Shown here: one piece after another, positions 20,152-29,989 of the stretch
How the letters are laid out: the number at the start of each line of letters is the position of its first letter
Position numbering within the stretch: position 1 is the first letter of the stretch
Origin: an uncultured Chlamydiae bacterium
Lineage (GTDB): Bacteria > Chlamydiota > Chlamydiia > Chlamydiales > JAJFMA01
Direction: 5' to 3'
Assembly: GCA_963713615.1 (NCBI GenBank)
Contig: CAVQMM010000001.1
Location: forward strand, 2,016,001-2,080,000
Length of the DNA: 64,000 nucleotides
Program-made: the position numbers and the translations under genes
The notes under the pieces: model-generated
Told to the model about the DNA's origin: nothing
The model's database searches: none
The model's input: only the letters and a program-made list of their open reading frames with translations

Positions 20152-20270
20152 ACCAACTTCCTCAAAGCAGGCTGAAATCGTGGCAGGTTATAATAAAGAT
20201 TTTATTTAATGATAGTATTTTTTGCTATTCCAGCAATCGAACCTGGGTACGAAAAGCACAATAAGAGAAG

Positions 20271-20635
20271 TAGGAATTTTCACCACCGAGACACCGAGAT
20301 AGGATAGAGAGGATTAGGAGAGAATGTGCCGTTTGTGTGTCCTTGAGCAAAATTCTGCCCAAGGGCCTCTTGAGGGGTTAGCATTTTGGTAAAGCCCTTA
20401 GACAGCATTTTGCCCAAGGACACACAAACGGCACAGGTGCTCAATCTAACTTTTTTGAGGACCTGTTCAGTTACTACCGACTTCTGGACAAAGTCCTGTC
20501 TAAGGCCACTACAGCATCTTATTCCTGCAGGAACCCTTAGACTGGATTTTGTCCAGAAGTCGGTAGTAAATGAACATTCTTTCCTCTTCCTCTCTCCTCT
20601 CTTTCCTATCTCGGTGTCCCGGCGGTGAAAATCCT
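20271..20635. repeat. Nested inverted-repeat structure between the divergent RHS and nqrB genes
   Basis: Outer IR 20277-20304/20604-20631 encloses two long hairpins, 20325-20435 and 20464-20576. Confidence 0.8.
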
Positions 20636-20768
20636 AAAAAAGCCCCACGAGCTTCTATGCACCTCGGAGGGGAGGTTCCGAGTTTTTCCTTGCTTTTTCA
20701 GGGAACATATCTACAATTAAGTCTAAATCAATATCCGGTGACATTCTTTTTTTGGATCAATACAGCCT

Positions 20769-22298
20769 ATGTTACGAAAGTTATTGGATTTTCAGCTTTC
20801 TCTCACAGAGAAGGGAAAGCCCCTACACCGCATCGCTCCCCTAGTAGACGCCTTAGACACATTCCTTTACGAAGCTCCCAACGTCACCAAACAAGGTCCG
20901 CATATTCGCGATGCAGTCGATATCAAGCGCTGGATGACCATGGTCATCTTTGCCCTCATCCCCTGTATCTTCATGGCTGTTTGGAATACTGGCGTGCAGT
21001 CCATGGTCTATGAGAGCGGTGACTACCACCTTATGGATGAATATCTAACTTCCACTGGGTCCTTCGATGGGTATTGGAATTTTGTCACTAAAGACAACCG
21101 ATATCTCACAATCCTGGGCTTGGGCGCCTTGGCTTTCTTTCCTGTGATGATCATCTCCTATGCCGTCGGTGGCCTCTGCGAAGGGATCATTGCCTGCATC
21201 CGCGGCCACGACATCGCCGAGGGCTTTCTCGTTACAGGCATGCTCTACCCCCTCATTCTCCCCTCTACCATTCCTTACTGGATGGTTGCTGTTGGGGTCG
21301 CCGTCGGAGTCATTATCGGCAAAGAGGTCTTCGGGGGTACTGGGATGAATATCATGAACCCAGCGCTCGTCTGTCGCTGCTTCTTGTTCTTTACCTTCCC
21401 AGGGCGTATGTCGGGTTTTGTGTGGGCCGGAACCAACCCTACTGTCGTTCGCGATAGCCTTCTGAAGATGAATCAAGATGCCGGTACTACGGGCCTCGAC
21501 GGCTATTCGCAGGCCACTAAATTAGCTGTTTTTAATGTCAGCCATGACATCAAACGCATCCATGTCGATGCCATCGCCACCAATAATGTGGGACGTGATG
21601 TTGGTACGATCGATGTCATCGATAAGCATTTCAGCCAATGGAATGCAGCTCATGGCAGCGAGGCGACTTTAGGACAAATGACGACCGAGCAGCTTCAGAG
21701 CTTTGTCACCGCCCCTCTCCCTGATGGAGGCTTGGGCTTGTCGACAGGCGCCTTTGAGGATGCCTATCACTTCTCCGCATTACGCTATGGCATCGGTCAC
21801 AATGGCGATGGCACGTTGTTTTTCGGTGATCGGTTGGATAGCATGGGGTCTTCCTCAGTAATCGCATGTGTCATCGGCGCTATCATGTTGATCAACGCTG
21901 GCGTCGGTTCGTGGCGTACCATGCTCGCCGTTCTTTTGGGGGCCTTCGGAACAGCGACACTCTTCGAATATGGTGCTAGCTTCTTTGGTGCTGATGGTGG
22001 AGCGTGGAATCCCGCTCAATTTGATCTTCCCGCCTACAAGCATCTGCTACTAGGAGGACTGGCGTTTGGCTTGGTCTACATGGCCACGGATCCAGTCTCA
22101 TCGCCAACGATGGACTCAGCTAAATGGTTCTATGGAATACTGATTGGCGTGATTACCATCGTTATTAGAGATATCAACCCCGCCTACCCGGAAGGGGTTA
22201 TGTTGGCCATTCTCCTCGGTAACGTCGCAGCACCCCTAATCGATCATTACGCTGCCCAAATGTTTAGGAGTAGGAGACCACGCCGTGTCGCAGCCTAG
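20769..22298 (+). CDS. nqrB: Na+-translocating NADH:quinone oxidoreductase subunit B
   Basis: HIRDAVDIKRWM, KEVFGGTGMN, SQAT FMN site, MATDPVS, YPEGVM. Confidence 0.97.
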   Translation: MLRKLLDFQLSLTEKGKPLHRIAPLVDALDTFLYEAPNVTKQGPHIRDAVDIKRWMTMVIFALIPCIFMAVWNTGVQSMVYESGDYHLMDEYLTSTGSFDGYWNFVTKDNRYLTILGLGALAFFPVMIISYAVGGLCEGIIACIRGHDIAEGFLVTGMLYPLILPSTIPYWMVAVGVAVGVIIGKEVFGGTGMNIMNPALVCRCFLFFTFPGRMSGFVWAGTNPTVVRDSLLKMNQDAGTTGLDGYSQATKLAVFNVSHDIKRIHVDAIATNNVGRDVGTIDVIDKHFSQWNAAHGSEATLGQMTTEQLQSFVTAPLPDGGLGLSTGAFEDAYHFSALRYGIGHNGDGTLFFGDRLDSMGSSSVIACVIGAIMLINAGVGSWRTMLAVLLGAFGTATLFEYGASFFGADGGAWNPAQFDLPAYKHLLLGGLAFGLVYMATDPVSSPTMDSAKWFYGILIGVITIVIRDINPAYPEGVMLAILLGNVAAPLIDHYAAQMFRSRRPRRVAA

Positions 22299-23202
22299 GA
22301 CCTTTGATAATAGATCTACGATCACCTTCATGATCATCTTGAGCGTGACGTGCGCTGTCATCCTCTCTGCCTTGGCTAGCGCACTGGCACAGCCGCAGGA
22401 GCTCGCTCGCGAGATCTACCGCAGTAAGCAAATGCTAGTCTCGGCACAGATCTACAATACGGTAGGAAACTATTTTCAGATCAAGGATGCTCAGGGCCGC
22501 TACATACCTGCAAAACTACAGAATGGACGCCTTATTCCAGGTTCTATTGACGACCACCCTACTCAAGACGATATTTTGACTGTGTATCGTAGTCGGATTA
22601 GGCCCTACTTGACCGATAGCAGTGGAAAGCTGATCACTTTTGGCGAGGCGAAGATTGATGAGGGTTCCTACACAAAGCAAAATAAAAAACGCGGCTTCTA
22701 TCTGGAGCCACAAAAGTTAGTCTATGAACTGTTGCCGAATCCTGTTGAAGGCGTGGCTAAGGTTGAGCAACCGGAAGGATATATCATTCCAGTCAATGGG
22801 TTTGGTCTTTGGGATGCTATCTATGGTTATTTAGCGATTGAACCCGATGCCATGACTGTGATTGGTATTTCTTGGTATGAACAGAAGGAAACTCCTGGCC
22901 TTGGAGCCAATATCGCTGAAGCCCCTTGGCAGAGTCTGTTCCCGGGAAAGAAGATTTTCCAGACTGCCGGAAACGAACAGCAGGCAGATCTGAGTGCAGC
23001 ACCTCTTGGAATCATTGTCGTTCGAGGTAAGGTTTCAGAGGTCTTGGGGGATAGTCCTAAAGCTAAAAGTGCTGTCGACGGTATGGCAGGAGCAACCCTA
23101 ACGGGTAATGGTGTTACCAAGGCCTACAAGGACGTTTTGGACGCCTATCGTCCGTTCCTCCTTACGGTCCATAAGGCTCACACACAAACACAGAAAAAGT
23201 AA
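22285..23202 (+). CDS. nqrC: Na+-NQR subunit C
   Basis: GFGLWDAIYG, ETPGLG, VDGMAGATLT FMN motif. Confidence 0.96.
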   Translation: MSQPRTFDNRSTITFMIILSVTCAVILSALASALAQPQELAREIYRSKQMLVSAQIYNTVGNYFQIKDAQGRYIPAKLQNGRLIPGSIDDHPTQDDILTVYRSRIRPYLTDSSGKLITFGEAKIDEGSYTKQNKKRGFYLEPQKLVYELLPNPVEGVAKVEQPEGYIIPVNGFGLWDAIYGYLAIEPDAMTVIGISWYEQKETPGLGANIAEAPWQSLFPGKKIFQTAGNEQQADLSAAPLGIIVVRGKVSEVLGDSPKAKSAVDGMAGATLTGNGVTKAYKDVLDAYRPFLLTVHKAHTQTQKK

Positions 23203-23223
23203 TCGAGTATTCGGGGGAATGTT

Positions 23224-23862
23224 ATGGCGGCCGCCCAAGTGCCACTTAAATCCTACTTTACAAACCAGCTGTGGGGTGGCAACCAGGTCCTGGTCGCCAT
23301 CTTGGGCATTTGCTCCGCGCTGGGCGTTACCAATCGTCTGTCGGTAGCCATCACCATGGGCTTGTCAGTAACGTTTGTCACAGGCTTTTCCTCTCTCTTT
23401 GTTTCGATTCTGCGTGGTGTCACGCCTGATAGCGTACGCATGATCACTCAATTGGCTATTATTTCGGTCTTTGTGATCGTCATCGACCAGTTTCTTCAAG
23501 CTTATTTTTTTGATATCTCCAATGTCCTGAGTGTCTTTGTGGGGCTCATTATCACCAACTGCATTGTGATGGGACGTACCGAGAGTATGGCTAAGAATGT
23601 ACCGCCCCTTCCAGCATTTCTGGATGGCATTGGGGCTGGCTTAGGCTATGCCATTGTCCTAGTTATTGTCGGCGGCATCCGGGAATTCTTTGGCTTTGGC
23701 GAACTATTGAACTACTCGATCATCCCGCATGAATGGTACGCCACCCCTGCTAATCCCAATGGTTATGAGAACGCAGCTCTCATGGTAACGCCACCAGCGG
23801 CCTTCTTTATCTTGGGTTTCATGATTTGGATCGCGCGACTGACCACCCGTAAAACAGCGTAA
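23224..23862 (+). CDS. nqrD: Na+-NQR subunit D
   Basis: [23 protein letters not shown]. Confidence 0.96.
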   Translation: MAAAQVPLKSYFTNQLWGGNQVLVAILGICSALGVTNRLSVAITMGLSVTFVTGFSSLFVSILRGVTPDSVRMITQLAIISVFVIVIDQFLQAYFFDISNVLSVFVGLIITNCIVMGRTESMAKNVPPLPAFLDGIGAGLGYAIVLVIVGGIREFFGFGELLNYSIIPHEWYATPANPNGYENAALMVTPPAAFFILGFMIWIARLTTRKTA

Positions 23863-23880
23863 TAAGGAGTTCCGTAGCCT

Positions 23881-24630
23881 ATGTGGATGGGAAACTACGA
23901 ATCGATTAATCTGGTAGGACTGTTGATGCAGTCGGTACTGATCGAGAATTTCCTGCTAGCGAACTTTTTGGGCATGTGCACATACTTGGCCTGTTCCAAT
24001 AAGCTCACAACGGCTAATGGTCTCGGACTTGCCGTAGTCATTGTCATAACGGCATCAGGCCTACTGAATTGGTTTGTCTATCAATTTATCACTGGAGACA
24101 ATGCCCTCGATTGGCTTTCCGTTTTTGGTCTTAATACGGCGGGGATCAATCTTAAGTTTCTTCAATTTCTGATCTTCATTTCTGTTATCGCTGGCTTCGT
24201 TCAGGTATTGGAAATTGTCATTGAAAAGTTTTCTCCCAACCTTTACATGGCTTTGGGAATGTATCTTCCACTGATCACTGTCAACTGCGCTATCCTGGGG
24301 GCTCACTTATTTGCTGTCACACGTGAATATCCAGGCATTCCCTTTCAGATCTATGTGTTTGGGTCTGGGCTCGGCTGGTGGCTAGCTATCGCATTGATAG
24401 CAGCTATTAGAGAAAAACTCCGCGTATCAAAGATTCCGCGTGGTCTGGAAGGGATGGGGATTACTTTCATCATGACAGGACTGATGTCCATGGCTTTTAT
24501 GGGATTCACCGGTATCAAGCTAGCGAATCCGGGAGGCACACCAGAAACGACACCCGGATTTAACCAGAGTGGCCCGAACTTTACCGAAGATAGTGCCAAT
24601 CCCAATAGCCCGCCACCCAGCGGTTTGTAA
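23881..24630 (+). CDS. nqrE: Na+-NQR subunit E
   Basis: FLGMCTYLACS, LPLITVNCAILG, GITFIMTGLM. Confidence 0.96.
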   Translation: MWMGNYESINLVGLLMQSVLIENFLLANFLGMCTYLACSNKLTTANGLGLAVVIVITASGLLNWFVYQFITGDNALDWLSVFGLNTAGINLKFLQFLIFISVIAGFVQVLEIVIEKFSPNLYMALGMYLPLITVNCAILGAHLFAVTREYPGIPFQIYVFGSGLGWWLAIALIAAIREKLRVSKIPRGLEGMGITFIMTGLMSMAFMGFTGIKLANPGGTPETTPGFNQSGPNFTEDSANPNSPPPSGL

Positions 24631-24644
24631 CCCGTACGCCGTCC

Positions 24645-24871
24645 AAAATGGACCTTAACAGGATATGCAGGATACTCCCATCATCTTCAAATTCATAGAG
24701 TTAACTCTATTTTTAAATTAATGAGATAGAATTGAACCAGGTTTGCCTCAAATCCTCTCCACTCCTACCCCACTTCAAGCACATTACCAGCCCCATTTGT
24801 ATTTAGAAGGTAAGAGTATCCTGCCCATCATGCCGCGAAGCGATCATGTACATCTTGTTAAAGTCCATTTT
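24645..24871. repeat. REPIN-like inverted repeat between convergent nqrE and gcvPB
   Basis: AAAATGGACCTTAACAGGAT vs ATCTTGTTAAAGTCCATTTT, with an inner GCAGGATACTC/GAGTATCCTGC pair. Confidence 0.65.
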
Positions 24872-24919
24872 AGCCTCATCTACAATGCCCTTCATCGATT
24901 CAATAAGTTAACATTGAAA

Positions 24920-26365
24920 TCATAACGTCTGTGCCCTAAGGATAGGGTGACGAGCGGCCTGGACTTCATCGAGACGCCCCACAGATAGACTGTGCGGAGC
25001 GGTACGAACCATGTCGGGATCCGTAGCTATCTCTTCAACAATTTTGCCGATGATGTCGACAAATGCATCTAGTGTGTCTTTGGATTCGGTTTCCGTGGGC
25101 TCGATAAGCATGCATTCTTTGACAATCAAAGGAAAATAGATTGTCGGGGCATAGACGCCATAGTCGAGTAGCCGCTTAGCAATATCTAAGGCTTTTACTC
25201 CCTTGTCAAGATAGTTTGTGGCCTGCAAAACAAACTCATGCATGCAGGGCTGTGGATAGGGAACGGTAAAGTACGGTGCCAAGCGAGCTTTCAGGTAATT
25301 AGCATTCAGGACCGCCTGCTCTGCGATGCGTCGCAAGCCTGCATGTCCATGCAGCTTGATGTACATATAGGCCCGCAGATAGATACCAAAATTGCCATAA
25401 AAGGACGAAACCTGTCCGATGCCATCATCAGCAGTCCATTGCACATCAAAAACGTCGTTCGCTTTCGTTATCCTAGGTAAAGGCAAGTACTGCTTGAGAC
25501 GATCATTGCATAAGACAGGCCCTGAACCTGGCCCTCCCCCACCATGCGGGGTTGAAAAAGTCTTGTGGAGGTTGATATGCATGACATCAAAACCCATATC
25601 GCCTGGTCGCACAATATTCAAAATGGCATTTAGGTTCGCTCCATCATAAAATAGCAGTGCTCCATGGGAATGCATGATGTCCGCCACTTCCAAAATATTG
25701 GTGCTAAAAAGCCCAAGTGTCGAAGGATTGGTTAACATTAGGCCAGCTGTCTTGTCTGAAACTAACTCTCTAAGATGATCCAGATCTAAGTCTCCATTAG
25801 CATCGCTGCGAATGGATACGGTATGGAACCCCACCATAGTTGCTGTAGCGGGATTTGTGCCGTGGGCATTGTCTGGTACAAGGATCTCTGTGCGGTGGGT
25901 GTCTCCGCGATGACGGTGGTACTCGGCGATCATCCGAATGCCTGTAAACTCGCCCTGGGCACCGGCATTAGGCACCAGAGTCCCTGAAGACATACCACAA
26001 ACCTCGCATAGAAGTTCTATGAGCTCATAGCCTACACGTAAAGATCCCTGCACAGTGCTAGGATCTGCCAAAGGGTGGCAACGCGTAAAACCCGGCAACG
26101 TGGCACAGATTTCGTTAACGCGGGGATTATATTTCATAGTGCAGCTACCAAGAGGGTAAAACGTTGTATCAATACCAACATTACACCTGGCTAGCTCGGA
26201 GAAATGTCGCATGAGGTCAAGCTCTGAGATTTCAGGTAACTGGACCGGTTCCTTTCTAAGTAGCTGCGGGGCTGGCTGGAACCTCGCGAAAGCCTCCTGA
26301 TCTCGTGGCAAGCTATAGGCGTGCTGACCTTCCTGGCTTTTTTCGAAAATCGTCTTTTTTGTCAT
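24920..26365 (-). CDS. gcvPB: Glycine dehydrogenase (decarboxylating) subunit 2
   Basis: YPLGSCTMKYNP, AHGTNPA, NLHKTFSTPHGGGGPG, IEPTETES. Confidence 0.96.
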   Translation of the reverse strand: MTKKTIFEKSQEGQHAYSLPRDQEAFARFQPAPQLLRKEPVQLPEISELDLMRHFSELARCNVGIDTTFYPLGSCTMKYNPRVNEICATLPGFTRCHPLADPSTVQGSLRVGYELIELLCEVCGMSSGTLVPNAGAQGEFTGIRMIAEYHRHRGDTHRTEILVPDNAHGTNPATATMVGFHTVSIRSDANGDLDLDHLRELVSDKTAGLMLTNPSTLGLFSTNILEVADIMHSHGALLFYDGANLNAILNIVRPGDMGFDVMHINLHKTFSTPHGGGGPGSGPVLCNDRLKQYLPLPRITKANDVFDVQWTADDGIGQVSSFYGNFGIYLRAYMYIKLHGHAGLRRIAEQAVLNANYLKARLAPYFTVPYPQPCMHEFVLQATNYLDKGVKALDIAKRLLDYGVYAPTIYFPLIVKECMLIEPTETESKDTLDAFVDIIGKIVEEIATDPDMVRTAPHSLSVGRLDEVQAARHPILRAQTL

Positions 26366-26433
26366 ACGGTCACCCAATTGCTGCATCAAGATAGACATGC
26401 TAGCAGATAGTACCTGCTATACACCAGTTTTTC

Positions 26434-26593
26434 GGCCTTATTCACCTTTGCGGTCAGTTTTCGGTCGACTGCAAAAGGATCGTCTGTCGCGTTTTGCTCC
26501 TCGGACATAGCTGGCGCTATGCCCTCGTCACAAACCACGACATCCGACCTTTTTCGTCCGACCGAAATTCTGACCGTAAAGGTGAACAAGGCC
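26434..26593. mobile_element. 160-bp MITE with 8-bp target duplication
   Basis: Imperfect ~36-bp TIRs GGCCTT(A/G)TTCACCTTT(G/A)CGGTCAG; AGTTTTTC duplicated at 26426-26433 and 26594-26601. Confidence 0.8.
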
Positions 26594-26745
26594 AGTTTTT
26601 CGAGATTGGAGTGCGAGAACGCCGAGACAAATCGACTTTTATCATCTTATAAAATTCTATATAAATCTATTTTAATTTAAATAAATCATTTTAATGTATA
26701 ATTATAAATATAACTGTGTCTATTAAATTTAACTATAGGTTAAAT

Positions 26746-28197
26746 ATGTTGGACGGAATTAATGAAAATAGTCGATCTCCACGTTCATATATCATGCCAT
26801 CTGACAATCCCGACTTGAGGAATAATAATGAACAAAAAATTCGAATTGTTAAAAGTGATGATAAATGTGAGCTGTTGGGCATCAAAAGTTATGATATTAT
26901 TGGTTCCGATAGTGATCCCGACCGCGCAAAACAATGGCTTTCCAAGAAAGGACTTGTGATAGTTGAACTACCAGAAGATCATAGTGCCGTCGCCGTCAAG
27001 GTAAAAGATTTGGCCGATAAGCTCCAAGTACGTTCATCCGTCGTCAAACAGGCAGCTAAAAACAATTCAGTGAGGGGTTTGATTGATAACGTGAAGAAGG
27101 TCACCAGCGAGGAGGTCGCGGCTCTTCGCGCAGATGGGCATCTCTCCAAGCGTGATGCTACAGCGATGGCAGCAGTCATCCACGAATTGCAAAGCGATGG
27201 GACCGTCTTGGGAAAGAGGGTTGAAAGCTCGGATGACTTGTCGGCCTATGCACGTCGCAAAGATTACAAGATTCCCCTCTCCGTTGAGAAAGGAGCGAGC
27301 GATGAGGTGTTTGTCCATCTTAAAGAGCATGGTACCAAACGGATAGGGAAGGGGGGGTTTGGTAAAGTCACGAAGACAATGCGAGTATCCGATGATCTTT
27401 CTAAGCCTGAACTAACCGTGCAAAAGACGCAGCGGAGCAAACTTGAAGCAGCTGTGGATTCGGTTGAAGCGATGGGACCGAAAGAGGAGGCATCCCTGAG
27501 AAGGGTACAGGGGATACCCTATGTCATCAAGATGTATCAAGCAGGTAAATATAGTGGCACAGATCATCGAAAAAATGATTCGGAGATAGAATCAGATGCT
27601 TCTAAGCCAGCCAAAATCAAGCATGGGATTGTTTTAGAACACTGTGATGCTGGCGCGTTGAGCAAGTCCAAGCTAAAAAAGATGCCTCCATCAGAGCGCT
27701 GGGAGCTCTTCGTAAAGATATTAGAAGGAGCCCATGGTATTCATGAACGAGGTCTTGTTCATCGAGATTTTAAGCCAGACAACATTTTGCTTAAACATAA
27801 CAACGAGGGAGAGCTAGAACCTCGAATCATCGATTTTGGGCTGACCATAAACCAGGGAGAGAAGGTCCTTGCGGCGGGAACTTTTCAGTATATGCCCCCA
27901 GACGTTTGGGGTCGCCGTGAGCAACCGAGGAACCACCCAGCAGTGGATGTATGGGCATTGGGGTGTATTGGGCTGGAGATCTTTGCTGGTGTAAAACCTC
28001 CAGTTGGAAGAGATATTCTCGAAGGTCGTCAATACATGGACGATATCGCTTGGGACAAGATAGAGAACCCTGAGGTCAGAGAAATTCTTAAGGAAATGTT
28101 AAGTCAAGCTTTCTCTAGTCGTTTAACACTGCGCGACGCAATCGATCGTCTCACGAACGAAATTAAAATCATGAGACAGGCAGAAGGGAAGGCTTGA
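26746..28197 (+). CDS. Eukaryote-like Ser/Thr protein kinase
   Basis: IGKGGFGKV, HRDFKPDN, DFG, GTFQYMPP, DVWALG; ~190-aa N-terminal extension. Confidence 0.92.
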   Translation: MLDGINENSRSPRSYIMPSDNPDLRNNNEQKIRIVKSDDKCELLGIKSYDIIGSDSDPDRAKQWLSKKGLVIVELPEDHSAVAVKVKDLADKLQVRSSVVKQAAKNNSVRGLIDNVKKVTSEEVAALRADGHLSKRDATAMAAVIHELQSDGTVLGKRVESSDDLSAYARRKDYKIPLSVEKGASDEVFVHLKEHGTKRIGKGGFGKVTKTMRVSDDLSKPELTVQKTQRSKLEAAVDSVEAMGPKEEASLRRVQGIPYVIKMYQAGKYSGTDHRKNDSEIESDASKPAKIKHGIVLEHCDAGALSKSKLKKMPPSERWELFVKILEGAHGIHERGLVHRDFKPDNILLKHNNEGELEPRIIDFGLTINQGEKVLAAGTFQYMPPDVWGRREQPRNHPAVDVWALGCIGLEIFAGVKPPVGRDILEGRQYMDDIAWDKIENPEVREILKEMLSQAFSSRLTLRDAIDRLTNEIKIMRQAEGKA

Positions 28198-28216
28198 GGC
28201 GGCTCCTAGACTCACT

Positions 28217-28257
28217 TTGACATTAAATTCGCAATTCCTTACCATGTAGTAAGGAAT
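28217..28257 (+). promoter_or_regulatory. TA-operon promoter and operator palindrome
   Basis: TTGACA(28217)-N17-TACCAT(28240); ATTCCTTAC-N6-GTAAGGAAT overlaps the -10 box. Confidence 0.75.
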
Positions 28258-28279
28258 ATCACGAAAGTAAGGAGAATCC

Positions 28280-28525
28280 GTGAAGTCTACAGTGACAAGC
28301 AAAGGGCAGGTGACAATCCCTCTTGCCATCCGTACACAAGCAAAGATTGTAACAGGCTCTCAGCTAGAGTTTCAGATCGAAGAGGATGGAACACTTAAAG
28401 TGCACGTTATCAGCGGTGATGTTTCCGATTTGAAAGGATGCGTAAAATCCAAACGTCGCAAACCACTGTCACTTCAGGAGATGAAGCAGGCCATTACTGA
28501 AGGATCGATCAGGAAAGCGAAATGA
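28280..28525 (+). CDS. AbrB/MazE-family antitoxin (VapB-like)
   Basis: STVTSKGQVTIP motif; ATGA-coupled to a PIN gene. Confidence 0.88.
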   Translation: MKSTVTSKGQVTIPLAIRTQAKIVTGSQLEFQIEEDGTLKVHVISGDVSDLKGCVKSKRRKPLSLQEMKQAITEGSIRKAK

Positions 28526-28929
28526 TTGGATTAGACACGAATGTGATCATACGGTACCTCGTACAAGATCATCCTGGGCAAGCTCAAAAAGCAAGTCGGT
28601 TCATAGAGAAGAGTATTGCTGCTGGAGAAACTCTTTGGATTTGTCAGATCACCTTATGTGAAATCTTTTGGGTGCTAGAGCGCTCTTATGAGTTAAGTAG
28701 GGAAGAGCTCGTGTCCACGCTGAAAATGCTACTGCGTACTCGCCAAATTCGGATTGAACGAGATGACATCGTAAAGCTGGCATTGCAAGACTACGAAAGA
28801 AACCCAAAAGTCGACTTCCCAGATTGTATGATAGGCCGACAAAATGCTTCTTTCGAATGCGTCAGTACCTGTACTTTTGATAAAAATGCTGCCAAACAAC
28901 TGCCAGATCGCTTTTCGCTTCTCCCCTAG
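28522..28929 (+). CDS. vapC: PIN-domain toxin (VapC-like)
   Basis: IGLDTNV, LCE, DFPDC and TFD acidic PIN residues. Confidence 0.88.
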   Translation: MIGLDTNVIIRYLVQDHPGQAQKASRFIEKSIAAGETLWICQITLCEIFWVLERSYELSREELVSTLKMLLRTRQIRIERDDIVKLALQDYERNPKVDFPDCMIGRQNASFECVSTCTFDKNAAKQLPDRFSLLP

Positions 28930-28947
28930 GCTAGGCCGAGCCATATA

Positions 28948-29850
28948 CTAGCCCTCAATCACATAATGAAGTGGTGTCCAACCTTGAGTATCGACGATAT
29001 TAGCATTGGCACCTCCCTCGATTAACAACCGCGCAACCTTGATGTCTTTTCTTTTGGCTACCAGATGAAGAGCGGTAGAGCCATCAATATCTTGCGTATC
29101 CAATGGAGCTTCAGCTTTGATAAGTGCGCGAATGAGAGGAATACTTCTCGAGAGAACCGCTATATGCATCGGACTGAATCCAAAGCGATTCACCGGCCGT
29201 ACCAGAGCTCCCTTTTTTAGAAGTAAATTAGCAATCTCATGATGACCATCTTTGGAAGCCCAATGTAAGGGGGTGGCATCCCATGTGGTAACGGCAGTAG
29301 GATCGGCCTCGTGAGCTAAAAGAATACGCACGCAGCTTGTAAAGCCTTCTGATGCTGCCCAATGCAAGGGAATAAAGCCCAAATCACTAGCGGCATTAAC
29401 ATGTGCACCACTGCGGAGCAAAACGTTAAGGATCGCTTCATACCCAAAACGAGCAGCCCAATGAAGAGGGGTTTCCAAGCGATAGTTAGAGCAATTCACC
29501 TCGGCCTTATAGCTAATAAGCAGCTCTACGATTGGCAAGTGCCCCCCTACAACAGCATAATGAAGCGGGGTCCAGCCATATTGATCACGCTCAGAACAAT
29601 CGCAACCATTCTTTAGCATGGTTCTAACGGAAGAAACAGCACCAAGAAATGCAGCTTTCTGAAGAGGGGATTGGAATGACAGACATTCTTCAGTGCGCAC
29701 AGTATATAATTTGATCACCCACAGAGCGTCTAAGTTGGCATCTGAAAGAGGCAGATATTCTTCAAGAAAAAGGTCAGGAAGCCCTTGAGTTTGTTGTTTT
29801 TGAAAGGCCTCGACAAATCGCGATGAGCTTGGTGCCGCGTCATTACTCAT
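28948..29850 (-). CDS. Ankyrin-repeat protein
   Basis: Repeated G-x-TPLH-x-A motifs (about 7 repeats). Confidence 0.92.
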   Translation of the reverse strand: MSNDAAPSSSRFVEAFQKQQTQGLPDLFLEEYLPLSDANLDALWVIKLYTVRTEECLSFQSPLQKAAFLGAVSSVRTMLKNGCDCSERDQYGWTPLHYAVVGGHLPIVELLISYKAEVNCSNYRLETPLHWAARFGYEAILNVLLRSGAHVNAASDLGFIPLHWAASEGFTSCVRILLAHEADPTAVTTWDATPLHWASKDGHHEIANLLLKKGALVRPVNRFGFSPMHIAVLSRSIPLIRALIKAEAPLDTQDIDGSTALHLVAKRKDIKVARLLIEGGANANIVDTQGWTPLHYVIEG

Positions 29851-29989
29851 ATTTTATACCTCGCCTCTTTTTCTTAAAACGGACTTTATCATCCTATCAA
29901 TTTTGCAAAAATTCTTCAAATCTATTGAAGGTAAATATAAGACTGCAATTCCTCTAAACATTTATTTTCTGTAAAAACTCAGTTGCATA

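Noticed and set aside
20386..21013. ORFs 20386-20628 and 20570-21013
   Set aside because: Derived from the palindromic repeat or out of frame over nqrB.
26386..26589. 67-aa ORF upstream of gcvPB
   Set aside because: Mostly MITE sequence.
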